Source: Eledone cirrhosa (Eukaryota). From it: a stretch of DNA of 64,000 nt. The notes under the pieces were generated by a model. The model searched no databases, had not been told where the DNA came from, and saw nothing but the letters and a program-made list of their open reading frames with translations. This document shows, piece by piece, positions 12,923 to 27,759 of the stretch (positions within the stretch are counted from its first letter, which is position 1; every line of letters begins with the position of its first letter). Location of the stretch: NCBI GenBank assembly GCA_964016885.1, contig OZ024743.1, positions 60,202,001 through 60,266,000 on the forward strand, written 5' to 3'. A program made the position numbers and the translations under genes.

Positions 12923-15900
12923 CTATAGTCTGATGTAGAGTGAAGGCCCATTCACAGGGGCCATTCTCGCCACTTTCACCCATCTTTCATAAAAACGGCT
13001 GGGTTGCAGCACTTCTCTCTAATTCCTGATCCATCTTCCGAAATGATATCGGAAGAAACGGACCAGTTGTTGGCCAGAGAGAAAGGTGCTGACCTCTGTC
13101 CTTTCAGACGCGTCCACCATACAACCTCTTTCGCGATGGCTATGACGCAAAGAAACACCGCCTCTTCGTTTTTGAAGATGGGAGGCAGCTTGATCGTTAC
13201 AATAGACTCGGTTGTCAACCGGATCGGTCCCACCCTTGACAGCAGTTGTTCGACATAGCCCCACAGATCGGCAATGCCCGAGCAGTGTAACAATGCGTGT
13301 GCAACGATTTCTTCGTCGCACACGCATCTGTGACAGATCTTTTTCGAGGGGTCCCTACCCGGGGGCCCGTGTCTGTAGAGGCTTTCTCGAACGGGCAGAG
13401 CCCCTCGGAAGCGCTGCCAGGCCAGGGACCTCTGGAAGTTATCCATGGGTCCCGGGCTGAATGTCCTACCGAACAGGTTGGCCAGTTCGTCTTCCTCCAT
13501 GCCTAGGGCTTCTCCGAGGGCGTCGTGGCACCTGCTAACCACCAGCCCTCTATAGAATGACGAGGTGGATTCTCCACTGACAGCTGGGTCCGCCTGCCAG
13601 AGAGCCGTGAGCGCCTGGGCACACTCGATGTGCCAGGCGCCCAGTTTTCTCGGTCTTTGCTTGACCCAGGATTGCAGCTCGGTGAGTGAGACGAGTCTGG
13701 GAAAGGCTCGCCTCCAACGGGGCCCACAGCGGTCGACAGTGAGGAATACCTGGAGGTGCCGTAGCCTTAATGCATGTTTACGTATCACTAGCCACCGCAT
13801 CCCCAGCCCTCCTTTCGAAGGGTGTTGACAGCAGATGGAACTCCTCACCATAGGAGCCCGCTTCTTCCAAAGGAATTGGAAGAGTGCGCGCTCCATTTTG
13901 GCGAGCGTTTCCCTTGGGCAAGGCACGACGGTCATGCAGTAGTAGATGACGGATGCTATATAAGTGTTCGCCACCTCCGTCCAACCTTTAAAGGACAGTT
14001 TATACTCGGCCCGCTTCTGGGTCAGTGCAAACACCCTGTTCGTTACCTCACCCCAGTTCTTCTCCACCTCGAGGTCTGGTCCGAACCAGACCCCGAGCAA
14101 CTTCACCGGGCCCTCCGTCCAGCGCCCGACGACGCCATCGGAGGGCATCGATCTTCCCCTCCACGTGCCGAGTTGCAGACCGATCGACTTGTCCCGGTTC
14201 AGCTTAGCCCCTGTAAACCTTTCGTACTCCTCCAGTAAGGTGCTGATCGCCCCGATTTCCGAGGCGTCGACACCATTACTGTTACGTCATCGGCGTAGGC
14301 CGACACCCCTTTCCGCAAATCCGGTTCCAACGGAATGCCCTGCAACAACTCCAACTTCCGCAGCAGTGGCTCTAGAGTCATTACATACAGAAGGGAGGAG
14401 AGAGGGCACCCTTGTCGGATGGACCGCGCGATTTCGAACGGCTCCGAGAGGTAGCCGTTCACCTTGACCCTAGAGCAGATACGGCTGCTGTGCATGGCAG
14501 TGATCCAGCCCCTGAAAACGGGTTCGAAGCCTACCACCGCTAGAACCGCCTCCAGGTAACTATGGTCGACCCTATCGAACGCCTTAGATTGATCCAAGTT
14601 GATCAGGGCCCCACGAAAGCCGGGTTCGTTCCCAACCCTCTCTATGATGTATCGCATAAGGTGGATGTTGTCGTGGATGGACCTGGACGGGATAGCACAT
14701 GTCTGCGCATCTCTCACCAGGTTGCCCACGACAAGCGCCAACCTCTTTGCTAGCACCTTGGCCAAAATCTGTAACTCTGTATTTAGCAGAGTTATGGGCC
14801 TGAAATTATTTATATCGTCCCCCTTGTTCTCGTCCTTCCTCACTAGCGTGACTACACCCTTAGTCACAGCACAGGGAATTCTCCCGTCCTGTTCCCATTA
14901 AAGTAGACCGCCTCGAGAAGATCGGGGAACAAGTCCGGCATAGCTAGACATAGTTCGTATGGAAGACCATCGAGACTCGGGGATTTGCGTTTGCCACATT
15001 GGCTCAGCACGTCCTCTATCTCAGCGGCTGAAATCGGCTCCTCGCAGAACTTCGCCTCCCTGTCCGAGAGATGCGGCAGGCCGTCGAGGTATGGAGCGAA
15101 ATCCACATCCCCAACCGGTTCCCCGCCCCTTCTGAACAATATGGCAAAGTGCTTTTGAAAAGCCTCGCACATCTGCTTAGGCTCAAGGATCACCCGTTCA
15201 TCCTGGTCTCGCAAAGACCGGATAGTAGATCTACTCCCTCTTATGGCTTCTGTCACGCGGGTCCAGCTAACAGATTTCGTCCCCTCATTTCCCAGAACAC
15301 GTATTTTGCTTCGGACGATGCAGCCTTCGTGTTTCGCGTCGAAGAACTGGCCCAGGGCCGTTCTCGACGCTAGCACTCTGGCCACGTCGCCGCTTCTAAT
15401 TGCCTCTTCTACACTATCTCCAACTCCCTTTTGAGAGATCCCCACCACCTGCTGTTGACGATGGCACCCGTCAACCGCTCCTTAACTAAAGTGTTAATCC
15501 GGTCCCTGTAAGCCTCACTTGCCGGTAAGGACAAGTTGAGCTTCCAGTAACCGGGTCCCTGTCTATGCGTTCTGTCAAGGTTGACCATGCAGATCACTAA
15601 CTTGTGGTCTGAATAGCCAACCATGAGCATTTTTGGACAACTTAAAATGTACTTATCCTTATTTCTAACTAAGAACCTATCTAGGTACGACATAGATGAT
15701 CCGCTGCGGTTTGCCGAAGTCCAGGTTGGCGCAGTCGGAAAATCTAGTCGATATCTATCGGCCAGCTCAAATCGACCGATTAACCCTTTGAGGCTGTTAC
15801 ACAACTCTCTATCGAGATAGGCCCCTACGTAGTGCCAACGTGCATCTAGCATACCATTCCAGTCCCCCACTAATAGCAAGGAGCGGGACGTCTCTAGAAA

Positions 15901-16235
15901 AGTCTCCAGACGATGGAAGAAATCCGGCCGCGTTTACCCGAAAGGTCCAGAACAACTAGTCGACCCTCCGGGTCCAAATGTACCGTCTGTGTTGCGAGAC
16001 CCAGATGTTTTTGCAGCAGAACGACAACCCCACCCCCACCTCCGGCATGACAGAGAGATGCGTGCATCTCAAAGTCATCAAAGGTGGGGGCCAGCTCTCG
16101 CACGTTGCTGATCCGGGCCTCGCAAATAACCATCACATCTATACGTTGTGACCTGAGGTCATTTAGAAGCCTTGCTTGCTTCCAAGTTGAGCCCAGGCCA
16201 CGCGCATTTAGACAGCCTACTTTTAGCATAGCCAT
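12923..16235 (-). pseudogene. T2 ORF2 APE-RT, frameshifted
   Basis: MAMLKVGCLNARGL, VGDWNG, SDHK, DQSKAFDRVDH, RQGCPLS, YADD, C-terminal CHRC...H...C. Confidence 0.92.
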
Positions 16236-16259
16236 ATTGGTGGTGAAGAGAAAAGGCAC

Positions 16260-17710
16260 TTACCTCTCTGCGTCCCGGGTAGGTATCGGGCTGCCCAATT
16301 TCCATGAGGGTGGGGGATGGGTTGTTGGGTGGGGTGGTGGTTTGTGGAAGTGTAGGGGCATCAGTGTGTTGTGTGGTTGGGTTGTTTGGAGTTGTGTGGG
16401 TGTTTGGGGAGGGGGTGGGGAAGTGTTTTAGGAGAACGCGGTTAATGGGCCCGACGCAGAGGGGAGGGGGGAGGGGGCACGTTCTCTTTAAAGTTGTTTT
16501 TTAGTGTTTTATATATGTCCTCTGTGGCCTTAATCATTTTGAGGTGGGGCAAATCCCCTGCTTGGGTGAAGTTAGTCCCTTGGGTTTTTACTAAATTGTT
16601 GTTTTATACAATGTTTAGCAGTTTTTTTATTACTTGTGTTTATGTATGTGTATGCATCTTTTTTTTCTTTTGATTTTGTGGAAGTGCTCCTCCACGTCTG
16701 ACGACGAACGAGGGTCATCTTCCGCGTTGGAGGGGAGGGGTAGATTTTCGGGTTGTGTTTGCGGTGCGGGTGTTTTGGAAATTGTTTTTTTTTTAGTGGG
16801 GAGATGGGTTGGACAGTCTTTTGTTTTGGTTTGAGCTGTGGTTGTTGTTTTTGTAGTGGTGATTGTGCTGATTGTGTTGGTTGTGCAGTTGTTGGTGGTG
16901 TAGGGAGGATTGGGGTTTTCTTTTTACGTTGAGGACAGACAGCTCTCAGGTGACCTCTGGCTCCACAGAGGTAACACGAGGGCCGCCTACCCTCATTGAT
17001 AATGTTGATAAATGTTTGATCATCCAGTATGACGCGTTCAGGGATCTGGGCGATCCTTTCGGGCCTCATTTGAACTACAAGTTCGAGGCCCGTTCCAATG
17101 AACGCGTCACCCGATGCCTTTCCCATGGATATTAGTGTCTCATCGTCTAGGTCCAGGAAACCTGTCAATACCCACCATAGGTCCATAAACGGAAGGATGG
17201 TGTGAATTTTTATTTTTTGTGTTCTTCTACCCATGTACGTAGGGTAGAAGGTGTATACGGTGGATGTGATTGGTTTTATTGACAGTTTCGCTGCCGTGTC
17301 CCTGTCCTTCATGAGAATGGATAGACTCCCGTAGAGTCTATCCTTCTGAATGAATATGATGTCTTTCATGACACTTTTAAAACCCGCTCTATCTCACTCT
17401 GTGATGGTTAAGCTGGTTTTTTGCTTTTGTTTGAGACTGTCCTAAACATGACAGTGTTTAAGAGTCTCTGGCTTTTTAGATCCGGGGGTGGGGGGAATCC
17501 AAAATGATCCATTTTCCCCGTACACTATGTATTTTTTGGCATCTGCTAGTAGCTCCTTCGCTTTGCTTATATCTACTGGCAGATAGTCAAGGGTTTTCCT
17601 TGTAGTCTGGGCGAAGGAGACCTTTTCCTTGTTCGTGTTGCTGTTGCAGTTGGTGGTGTTGTTGTTTCCATTGTTGTTGGTGTTGTTGTTTTTGTTGTCT
17701 TTATTGTTGC

Positions 17711-17741
<31 letters not shown>

Positions 17742-17864
17742 GTTTTCGTTTTCTTGTGTCGTTGTGGCTACATTAAGTTGTCGGTCAGCAGGTGGAGAAA
17801 GTTCTACCTCTGGCTGACCTCTGGCTGACCTCTGGCTGACCTCTGTCTTTGTTAAAACAGACAA
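16260..17864 (-). pseudogene. T2 ORF1, frameshifted
   Basis: Knuckle CYLCGARGHLRAVC and poly-Asn N-terminal region; homologous to T1 ORF1. Confidence 0.8.
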
Positions 17865-19089
17865 CAGATTATGTCTACCACTGACGTATATAACATCAGG
17901 ATTTGAAATCAGAAAGCAAAAGGTAGAAAAACATGATGTCCAATGGTGTAATGACTGGGGACTGAGTAAGAGTAGTGTAGATATGGAGATGATTGGATAG
18001 CAAATGTGATAGCTTTCTCAATAATATCCAGCTTCACTGCGTTATGTTAGTATGACAATGTAGTATGGCAAACTATTCAAAAATTGATTCATTATTCCTG
18101 CACAATTTTGTATCGATATGTGTTAACACGTGTCCAAAATTTAATAATGGATAAACGCGACGATTTACATTTCGTATACAATGTTTTTATGACTAAAAAC
18201 TATATTAACTGAATGGTAAAGTGCTAAATTCGTGGTATTGTGTTGGATAGAGAAGGACATGGATAGGGAAAAATTAAGGGAACAGTGAAATATATTATTA
18301 AATGAAAACATTTCAGATCATGACAAAAATTAGAGTATTGAATTATTCGAGCTAATTTAAGATTTTAGATATACTGAGTAGTGGAGATAATTAATGGGAC
18401 ATGAATGTCCACTATAGAATTAGTAACTTTCTTTTGGGGATTCATTGACATAAAGTATGTGAAATGTTTTCTAAAGGTAATTTTTTTCTCAATGATAGCT
18501 AACTAACGTATATTGTTAATACTCATTGAAAAGTATGTTCTGGTTTCCTTTTACTTCATTCTGAATTTCCGGATTACTAGTGGAACTGAAATTCCCAATA
18601 GCTACTTCCTAAGTCAGTCACTAAATGTATTCATAAAATGACTCTCTTACATATTTTCGTCATATTTCAATAATACATTCGTTTGCAAATGTAATTTTGC
18701 GAGCAAATAATAGAATGTAATGAAGTTAGAATTGTCGTAATTAAGGATAAGGAAGAATATCCTGGAAACAAATACTAAAAGACACATTTCTATACCTTCA
18801 GAAAGAACAACGTGGACACATACGTCAATCTTTAAACTCAGTATAATTAGTGTAAGGCCTAAGAATGTTGACATACCTAACACCCATTGAGAACAGAAGT
18901 TACAACTATCAATTGTAAAAGCTTCAGCAAAAATATATATGGTGGGCTTATCAGATTAAATATTATTCATGATATTAAATGTGATTTAAAGTTCTCGCTT
19001 ATCTGGACTTAATTAATCTCCTATGAATTTGTATTGCGTAGGTAGCATCCCGGATATTTTAATGCTACGGTCACCAGTCCTATCATGAA

Positions 19090-19200
19090 CAGCAACTTCA
19101 AATGAAGTGTCTTGCTCTGGAACATAAGGCTCCTTCGGTCTAGAAATGGAACCGATGACCTGATGATCGTAATTCCAAAATACTACTAAGTTACGTGCCC
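19090..19200 (-). mobile_element. Degenerate tRNA-derived SINE, second family (as at 40950-41128)
   Basis: aaatgaagtgtcttgctctggaacataa is the reverse complement of the tgtgttcttgagcaaaacacttcattt motif at ~41004-41030. The head ggcacgtaacttagtagta resembles ggcacgtggcctattggta. Confidence 0.5.
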
Positions 19201-22200
19201 ATACCTTAAATATAAGTACTGGGGAGATATTCAATCCACCCACCGATTACGCCCCACTCACACATTAACTTTAGAATTTGTCAAATAGTCAATAATAAAA
19301 TATCGTTATTTAGAAGGTATAGGAAATATCCAGACTAAGTGGTTTTTTGTGTTTCGTTTATCTCAAAATTTGATTCCAATCTGCATGACAACGAAACCAT
19401 TTTAGAGCCTGAGTAATTCGCGTGTAGTTGGCTTCAATATAGATAATCAATAACGTTCATAAGTTTTGATATTATTTCTCCTCGCAGCATACAAACCCTT
19501 GTATAGTGAAATTCTAACGGGCACATCTATCATTTTTATGACTTCCAGATTGATGCATGTGTTCGTACAATTATGTTATCCATTGATTATACATATATAT
19601 GTCGTACAAAATTCACTAGATGTTTTCTAATGATATTAAAACTTAGTTAAGCATTACAAAATAAAACAATTCTTTGTGTCACTTATTTGGCAAATATTAA
19701 ACAGTATTTCAAACGTTTTCGTTTAATACTTTGCTTCTTTCCTTTATTAGAGAAGGAAGGGCAGCGTTTATGAATCTTATTTAATGTTTCGGAACTCATG
19801 GGAGGAAGGAAAATGATTAAGTTCAGACCGGATTTCTCAGTCGATAGCTTGCAACAGAGTGGTGTTCGCACAGCCGCCGACGGTGTTGCTAAACAATGTG
19901 ATTGATTAAACATTATTACTCAAGAACAGCAACGGTCGTTCTTAAATAATTTTCACTTAGTTTCCTTTCACCAAATCTCTTTTATATAGGTTTAACCGGA
20001 TCGGAGATATGAAGAAGTTCTGTTTATGTTGTTGATTTCTGCTTTTAAAGGTGTGAATTTAATTATGTGCAGTGTTTGAAAGATTTTCGTGGTATTGCAT
20101 GTGCTTCCATGTGTAAAAAAGTCTAAACCACACAATGTTACAAATAGCCATTACAAATGCTCCTCAGACCCCTAGATTATAAAACACTCGGTCAAGTACA
20201 GGAGTAAATCACTTACCAGAGATTTGTGTAGTTCTACAATTTGCTCAAAATAAATACTATATAGAAGGCAGTTGACCAATGTCCGAGAAATCGGACCCGT
20301 TACAACTACATAGTCAGATGCGAGTTAATTATTTCAGTGACAGCATATTAGCTAATAAACAACGACCATTGATTCTGAAGCTCTTTCATATACCAGCAAG
20401 TATTATCGAACACCGCTGCACGTTTATTTGTAAAACTCTCAGCAGAATAGACGTTACCTGATATTGAATTAAAAACTAACGTTGATTATGTCAATATAAT
20501 TCAATATTGTTGAATTACTTTATATTGACATATAATAAGAATTACCTGAATAGATAAATTCTCTCGCTTGATGTCTTGGGAACTGGCATCGTGTTAAAAC
20601 ACTGTGATATGTCTTCCTTATTCATTAACATGACCGAATAGATTATCTATTCATTTCTCACTTAGTTGCCTATTCAACAACTTCAATGTCGATCTACTTA
20701 TTTCGCTTTTACGGTTGTTCAAACAAAGAGAAATGCGTTCCTTATTCCCCAAAACACAGCAGCATGGACAGAATATGAAGTCTGCATTATTTAGACAATT
20801 CTTACATATTGTGATATATCGGATAACTAGTTGGCCATTTATTAGCAGTAACTGACACCACATTGTATTGTGAGAAAATAGCTGGCTATCTCTTTCCATC
20901 ATGTCAATGATAAAGATTATATATTCACTATTAGGATGGAGGGGGAGGAAACATTAGAGTAGAAAACATTTAAATTGATTGAAGATTGACGTTTAAATGT
21001 ATGTTTATAACTTGAATATCGAATTGTGCTAAGTTTATTTGGAGACAAGGGATGTGACAACCTCAAACCAATTGTTTGATTATCATGAATAGAATTGTAT
21101 TTGCATTCCTGAGTAGCTATGAATTGCTTCTGAGATTTTCTATTTACAAAAACGATAATTTATTCAGAGACCAGGTGAGACGATATCAGATTAAAATTCT
21201 TGGGTTCACCGACGGAACTTGGCAACATAAATTTAAATTACAAAATAAAAGGTATCATTAGCTTCGCACACTATGCTTTCCATAGATCTTTTAACATTAC
21301 TACAAAGACCCGTACGTCTCAAACTTAGCTATCTTCAAAACCTTCCGTCGCTTATCTGACATGTGGTATCTATATCGCTTTCACTTTTCAGTATATTGTC
21401 TCGAACATCCATACCATACTTTTTTCGTTATGGACATTCCTCTCTGTACATTTACATTCTTGAGGCTGCCTAGATTTTCGAATAGGATATAAGCCACACC
21501 AATGTCACTAGTTAAAGAAAGGTTGGTTGCAAAGGTCACAAGACTGGTCTCACATCCACATCTCATTGCAAACGATAATGAAAATATATTTCATGTTTTA
21601 AAGGAAATGATCTTGTTGTTTGAATGCACCAATCCCGTTCTTACGTTTTATTTACACAGTGGAAATTTAAATATAATATTTTCGGTATAGTTTATAATCT
21701 ATGATAAAATATATTTGTGTGTAGAATAATTGTGATTAATGTTTCATGAATACAATTTGAAGCGTTGTTTTTTTTACTTCTCATTATTGAAATAATTAGC
21801 TGTTGGTGTATTTAATTACATGTAAATAGATTATTGATTGATATGTGTAATTTAATTTTGCTTTATGTTATTCTTACAACGTTTAGCTTTATGTGGCTAT
21901 CTTGTGCTCATAAATCTCTCTTGACGTTTGCTAATTTTATTGTTGTTTTATTTTCTGAGGTTTATTAATGTGTATTTTCATATAATTATGTATGAGAAAA
22001 CATATTTACTCTAAATGTTAATTGATTTAGCTATAAACCAAATTCAAAAGTCGTTTTATGTTTGCTGATTGGTGCCTCTCTAAAACTGATTGAATCGATA
22101 CAAATATATATCTTACTTGTCGAATAATATGTGGGAAGTAAAAAGGAATTCTGTGAGACTCAACCAAAGAACACAATAGGGGCACCTGGCTGTAGTTTCT

Positions 22201-23899
22201 CAGTGGTCTAGAAATAGCAATCATATCATCCACAAATCACAACCGACAGTATTAATATGAATACATTGTATGATGTGTAGTGGATAGATTCGAACTGAAT
22301 AACAACATGAGCATAGGAGCTTAGCCTTCTGCAGAAATTGAAGAATATTACGGCTAAGACTGAAATATGTAGTAAGGACTCCAGTAAGTAAACTGGCATT
22401 ACTTTATCTTACATATGATTATTAAATACAGAGAGAAGAATTAAATTATATACAAAACATGCAAATGTTTGGAAACAAGAGGAATGTGGGACAAATAAAT
22501 ACGTTGGAAAGATCTTAACACTTTTAATATCAGAACACCTAAAATCAATGCCGATCCTGCAACACAAAGTGTGTGTTTTAAAGTATTTATGTTTATATAA
22601 AACCTTCCATTATAGTTTTATGTTTTAAACATCACTTTAATAATTCAGTTATTTTACTAAATCCGTCAAACTGATGCTTATTTTTAAAGTTACTTAAAAA
22701 TCACAAGCAATGTATGTTATTACATATATGGTACAGAATCTGTTAATGCTCGAGTATGATTGATTGGATTTTAAAAAAACACCAACACTACCACCAACAG
22801 CTTAACAAAAAACAAACATATATTAACATTAAAATGACTAACAATACAAATAGAACATATAAAAATATAGTTGAATCATCGTTAGTGGATGCGGTAGGCT
22901 TAGAGTAATCCGATAACGGTACGAATCACGTGTATCCTTATCATCGGAAGCCATGTCTTTTCACAGAGTTAATCTGATCAGAACTAGAAAAGTCATGAAA
23001 TAATTTATTACCAGCCCGTATTTCTATTCATATAGAACTGTAGAATCAACATCCCATCAACTGTTCTATCAATCCCGTTACTAAAGTGGAAACAGGATCA
23101 ATACTCTTATAATAAAATATGAGCCAATGTGGAAGACTTTTGTGGTCTCCTTAGCTGTTAAAAATAGCATCTCAATCTCCCTTCCATCTACTAGTATAAT
23201 AAAGAATGGTGTCAACAATTTGGTCCCTGATATACGATATTTGGCAATACGTCAGGATGATCATTTTTGGCCATTACTCTACGTGATCAAACTTAATCCA
23301 AGGCTAAATAAAGACGAGAGCAATCAAAGTTTTACTAAATATATTTGAATGAACCAGCTGGTAGGTATATTATTTAAAAAAAGAATATGTAAAGGATTGA
23401 AATCTATATATACATACCTGCCATAGGTTGGATGTTTATATTTTGATGTTTATATTAGTCATGTGAGGAAGAAACCCTGACACTCTCCAAATAAGAATTT
23501 AACATGTCTAGAATTTAAGACCCTTACAATAATTGTATATCAGAGTATTCAATAAGGCCTTCAGCTTGACGGAAGTATTGTATAACTGAAAACAACACAT
23601 TTTAGCCATATCTAGACGTTCATCCTACAATTTCGGTAACATACAACTGCATAACTCTTGCTGAACAGGAGCTATGCAACAACTACAACTACTACTACAG
23701 ATGTAGGACATTGCCTTTCAGTACCGAATTCAACTCAAAACTTATTTTAGAAGATTTACAACTTTTCAGAGAAAATTATCTTAGAGTACAGAGACCAACG
23801 GTCAGCGGTCAACAAAAAGACAATCCACGAGTTACGCGATAGGCACATACACACCTCCAACCTCACCAAATGTGTCATCCAATCACCCATATTTCTTTT

Positions 23900-23928
23900 A
23901 CTACTGCTGCTACTACAACTTCTACTTT

Positions 23929-23963
<35 letters not shown>

Positions 23964-23973
23964 CTACGAATAT

Positions 23974-24023
<50 letters not shown>

Positions 24024-24060
24024 ATAATAATAATAATAATAAAAATAATAACAATAATAA
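23900..24060. repeat. Compound (ACT)n/(AAT)n microsatellite, left edge of a LINE stack
   Basis: Direct reading. Confidence 0.95.
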
Positions 24061-24312
24061 TGCTTTCTTTATTAACCACAAGGGTTTACCTAAAGTAGAC
24101 ATTAAGGACAGTACAGGACAATCAGGACGGTACAAATGGGCATTTCTGCGTGTAAAAAAACAAACACAGAGGATGTAACAAAAAAATAACAATGAAAAAT
24201 TCCCCAATAGGGGGGAGACATCCGAGGGACATTTGTGGACAAAGCCCATTAAAAAGCCACAGTGGCCCTGACCACCAGGGCAAGTGCCCTCTCCCAGTGT
24301 TCCACCTTTAAT

Positions 24313-27300
24313 TTACAGACACATACTCAGAGTAGGCCCATTCACTCGGGACATACTTGCTTCTCTCACCCATCTTTCAACAAAATGCTGGGAAGAGAGC
24401 ACTTCCCTCTCTACCCTGATTTTCCTTTTCAAATGAAATTTGAAAAAGTTAATCAGGGCATCAGCAAAGAAGTAATTGCTCGTTTTCAGACCTTTCAAAC
24501 ATGTCCACCATACTATCTCTTTCGCACTGGCCACCAGACAGATAAAAACTGCCTGCCCTTCCCAGCTAAAGGAAGTGGGCGGGGCAATTCTCATGATGGA
24601 CTCAGCTGATAGCTGGATCCGTCCTACACATGACAGCAGGTGTTCCACATAAACCCACAAGTCAGCTATGCTCGGACACTGGACGAGTGCATGCAGGACG
24701 GTTTCGTTGCTATACGCGCATCTCGGACATGCCCGGCTAAAGGCACCTCCATGCCTGTAGAGTTTATCCCGAACTGGCAAAGCTCCTCGGTAGCACTGCC
24801 AGGCCAGGGATTTCTGGAAGGTGTCCATAGGCCCCGGCTCGAATGTCCTTCCGAAGAGATTGGCTAGTTGATTTTCGTCGACGCCTAGAGTTTCTCGAAG
24901 TATGTCGTCGCTCTTCCCCTCCACTATTTCTCTATAGAACGCCATGGTGGAGTTTCCACCGATCACATTGCCAAATTAGTCGAGGGTTGTAAGCGCCTGA
25001 ATACATTCCAGTCTCCAAGCGCTCCCTCTCGGTCTTCAGTTGACCCAGGACTGCAGCTCCGTCAAGGAGACGAGCTGGAGAAAGACGCATCTAGCAAACG
25101 GCGACCACAACTGATTACCGTCGAGGAAGAGGTGGAGATGTCGTAGCCTGAGCGCGTGCCTGCGCATCATCAGCCACAGCATGCCCAGCCCTCCACGTAG
25201 CGTGTGTTGACAGCAGATTTACCGCCAAACCATCGGAGCGCGTCCCTTCCACAAAAATCGAAAGAGCATACGCTCCAGCGCAGTCAGGCGGGGCTTAGGA
25301 CAAGGTACGAAAGTAGTAGATGACGGATGAGATGTACGCGTTAGCTACCTCCGCTCGACATTTCAGGGATAGCTTCCTCTCCGCCCATTTCTGGGTGAGA
25401 GAAGCCACCCTGCTCGTCACCTCGTCCCAGTTTTTGTCCGTCTGGAGGTCCGGACCGAACCAGACCCTAACAATTTAACCGGTCCGTCCGTCTAGCGCCC
25501 GACGACGCTGTTGGACGGCATGGACCTGCCTCTTCAGGTGCCGTGCTGCAGGCCCACTGACTTTTCCTGGTTGATCATTGCTCCTGTCACCGCTTCGTAT
25601 TCTCTTAGTGTAGTGCCGATTGCTTCGATGTGTTTGGTTTCGACACCACTACGGTGACATCGTCCGCATATGCTGACACGGATCTTCCGCATCCTAGTAC
25701 GAGCGGGACCCCCCCTCCTCCACGTCTCCAGTTTGTGCAGTAATGGACTCGAGAGTCAATACGTACAAGAGGGACAAGAGGTGACATCCTTGGCGCACCG
25801 AGCGCATGATGTTGAACGGTTCCGAAAGGTGACCGTTCACTCTCAACACAGAGCAGATGTCGCTGTGCATGGCAGCATCCAGCCTCTGAAGACGGGCCTC
25901 AAGCCAGCCGCCCTCAGGACTGCCGCTAGGTAACGAAGGTCGACCCTATCGGAAGCTTTCGACTGATCTAAATTGATCAAGGACCCACGCGTGCCAGGTT
26001 CCTTAGCTACCCTCTCTACGATGTATCGCATGAGGTGGAGGTTGTCGTGGATGGATCTGTCGGGAATGGCGCATGTCTGCGCCTCTCCCACCAGACCACC
26101 AACGGCAAGCGACAACCTCTTTGCTAGCACCTTGGCCAAAATCTTGAGCTCTGTGTTTAGCAGACTTATGGGCCTGAAATTATCTCTGTTATCCCCCTTA
26201 TTCGGATCCTTTCTCAGCAGCGCCACAGCACCTCGGCTCACAGAGCTGGGAATTCTCCCGTTCTGTTGCCAGTTGCAGTAGACGTCCGCCAAGAGGCTTC
26301 TGAACAAGTCTGGCGTCTGTACGTAAAGTTCATAGTGCAGACCATCCAAACCAGGCGATTTACCCCTTGTGCAGCCAGTCATTGCCTCCCTTACTTCAGC
26401 GGCTGTTATCGGTTTTTCGCAACGTTCCGCCTGAGTGGCCGAGAGCCGCGACAGTCCGTCGAGGTAGACACTAAAGTCCATCCCTCGATCCGGTCCGCCA
26501 CTGCCCCCGAACAGCTGTGCGAAGTGTCACTGAAAAGCTTCACACATTTGCCAGGGATCGAGTAGCATGCACCCGTCGTGGTCCACCAAAGACAGGATTG
26601 TGGCTTTGTTGCCACGAGGCGCCTCCGCCACTCGGGCCCATTGAACGGCTTTCGTCCCCTCGAGTCTGAGAGCACGCAACCTAGCTCTGACAACGCAGCC
26701 TTCGTGCTTTGCATTGAAGAATTGGTCAAGGGCCAATTTCGCCGCAAGTACGTCGGTTGCGATGCCTTTGCTAAGCGCCTCGTCTAATTTTCTAACTAGT
26801 TCTCCCTCTGCTCTATTTTTCTCTATTGCTAAAGCCTTACTATACCTAATGGACTCTATTCTAATCGCTCTTTTCAAAGCACACTACCACTTGTTTTTGA
26901 CGATGGCCCCCGTCAACGCCCGCTTAACTAGTTCGCTAATCCGGTCTCTGTAGGCCTTGCGCACTGGTAAGGACGCGTTTAGCTTCCAGTAGCCGGGTCC
27001 TCGTCTATGAAGCCTATCTAAGTCAAGCACACACATCACGAATTTGTGGTCCGTGTAGCTGACTATCTTGAATTGTGGACAGCCTATGCTAGACCTATCT
27101 ATTTCCCTACAAAATACTCTATCTAGATATGATATGGATGACACTATGCGATTTGTCCAAGTCCACATTGGCACATTCGGTAAATTCAATCGGTACCTGT
27201 CAGACAGTTCAAAACGCCTGAGCAGGTTGGTGAGGCTCTTGCACCCTCCTCCCTATCCGCTAATCCCACACAATCCCAGCGTAGGTCTAAGATCCCGTTC

Positions 27301-27725
27301 CAGTCGCCCACTAAAACTAAAGAGCGGGACGTTCCTAGAAAGGTCTCCATACGCCGGAAGAAATCAGGCCGCCCTGCTCCTGTCGGGGCATAGACGGCCA
27401 CTAGCCTGAAAGCTTGCCCGTCTCCGCTGGTCACATCCAGCACCACCAACTTAACTTCTGGGTCCAGGAAGATGGCCCATATGGCGAGATCCAAACCTCT
27501 CCGAAAAAGCACAGCAACTCCTCCCCCTGATCCCGGGCGGCTGGGAGATGCGTACACATCGTAGCCGCCGAAGATCGGTGCGAAGGCCCGTGCTTCGGAG
27601 ATTCTGGTCTCGCTGATGGCCACTACATCTATGTTTAGTGACCTGAGGTGGTTGAGCAGGTGGCCCTGCTTCCATGACGACCCCAAGCCACGCGCATTTA
27701 TGCTGCCTATTCTGAGTGAGGTCAT
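24313..27725 (-). pseudogene. T3 ORF2 APE-RT, frameshifted
   Basis: MTSLRIGSINARGL, ISETR, VYAP, VGDWNG, TDHK, RPISLLNTE, YADD, CPRCAYSNETVLHALVQC. Confidence 0.92.
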
Positions 27726-27759
27726 GTTGAAATGGAGTGGAAAAGATGGGAAAGACCAC

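Larger units (their letters stand above)
12645..17865 (-). mobile_element. Tx1/L1-clade LINE, family A, copy T2 (disrupted), head-to-tail with T1
   Basis: Same ORF layout. The 3' end is AAATAAAAAGAAAG followed by TTATCTATCTAT. An 11-bp repeat (ctctggctgac)x3 lies near the 5' end. Confidence 0.92.

Noticed and set aside
17900-23700. Host exons among the short ORFs in the AT-rich interval
   Set aside because: The ORFs are 60-85 aa with no recognisable domains. SPVITPLD near 17950 (minus strand) hints at a Tc1/mariner relic but is too weak to call.
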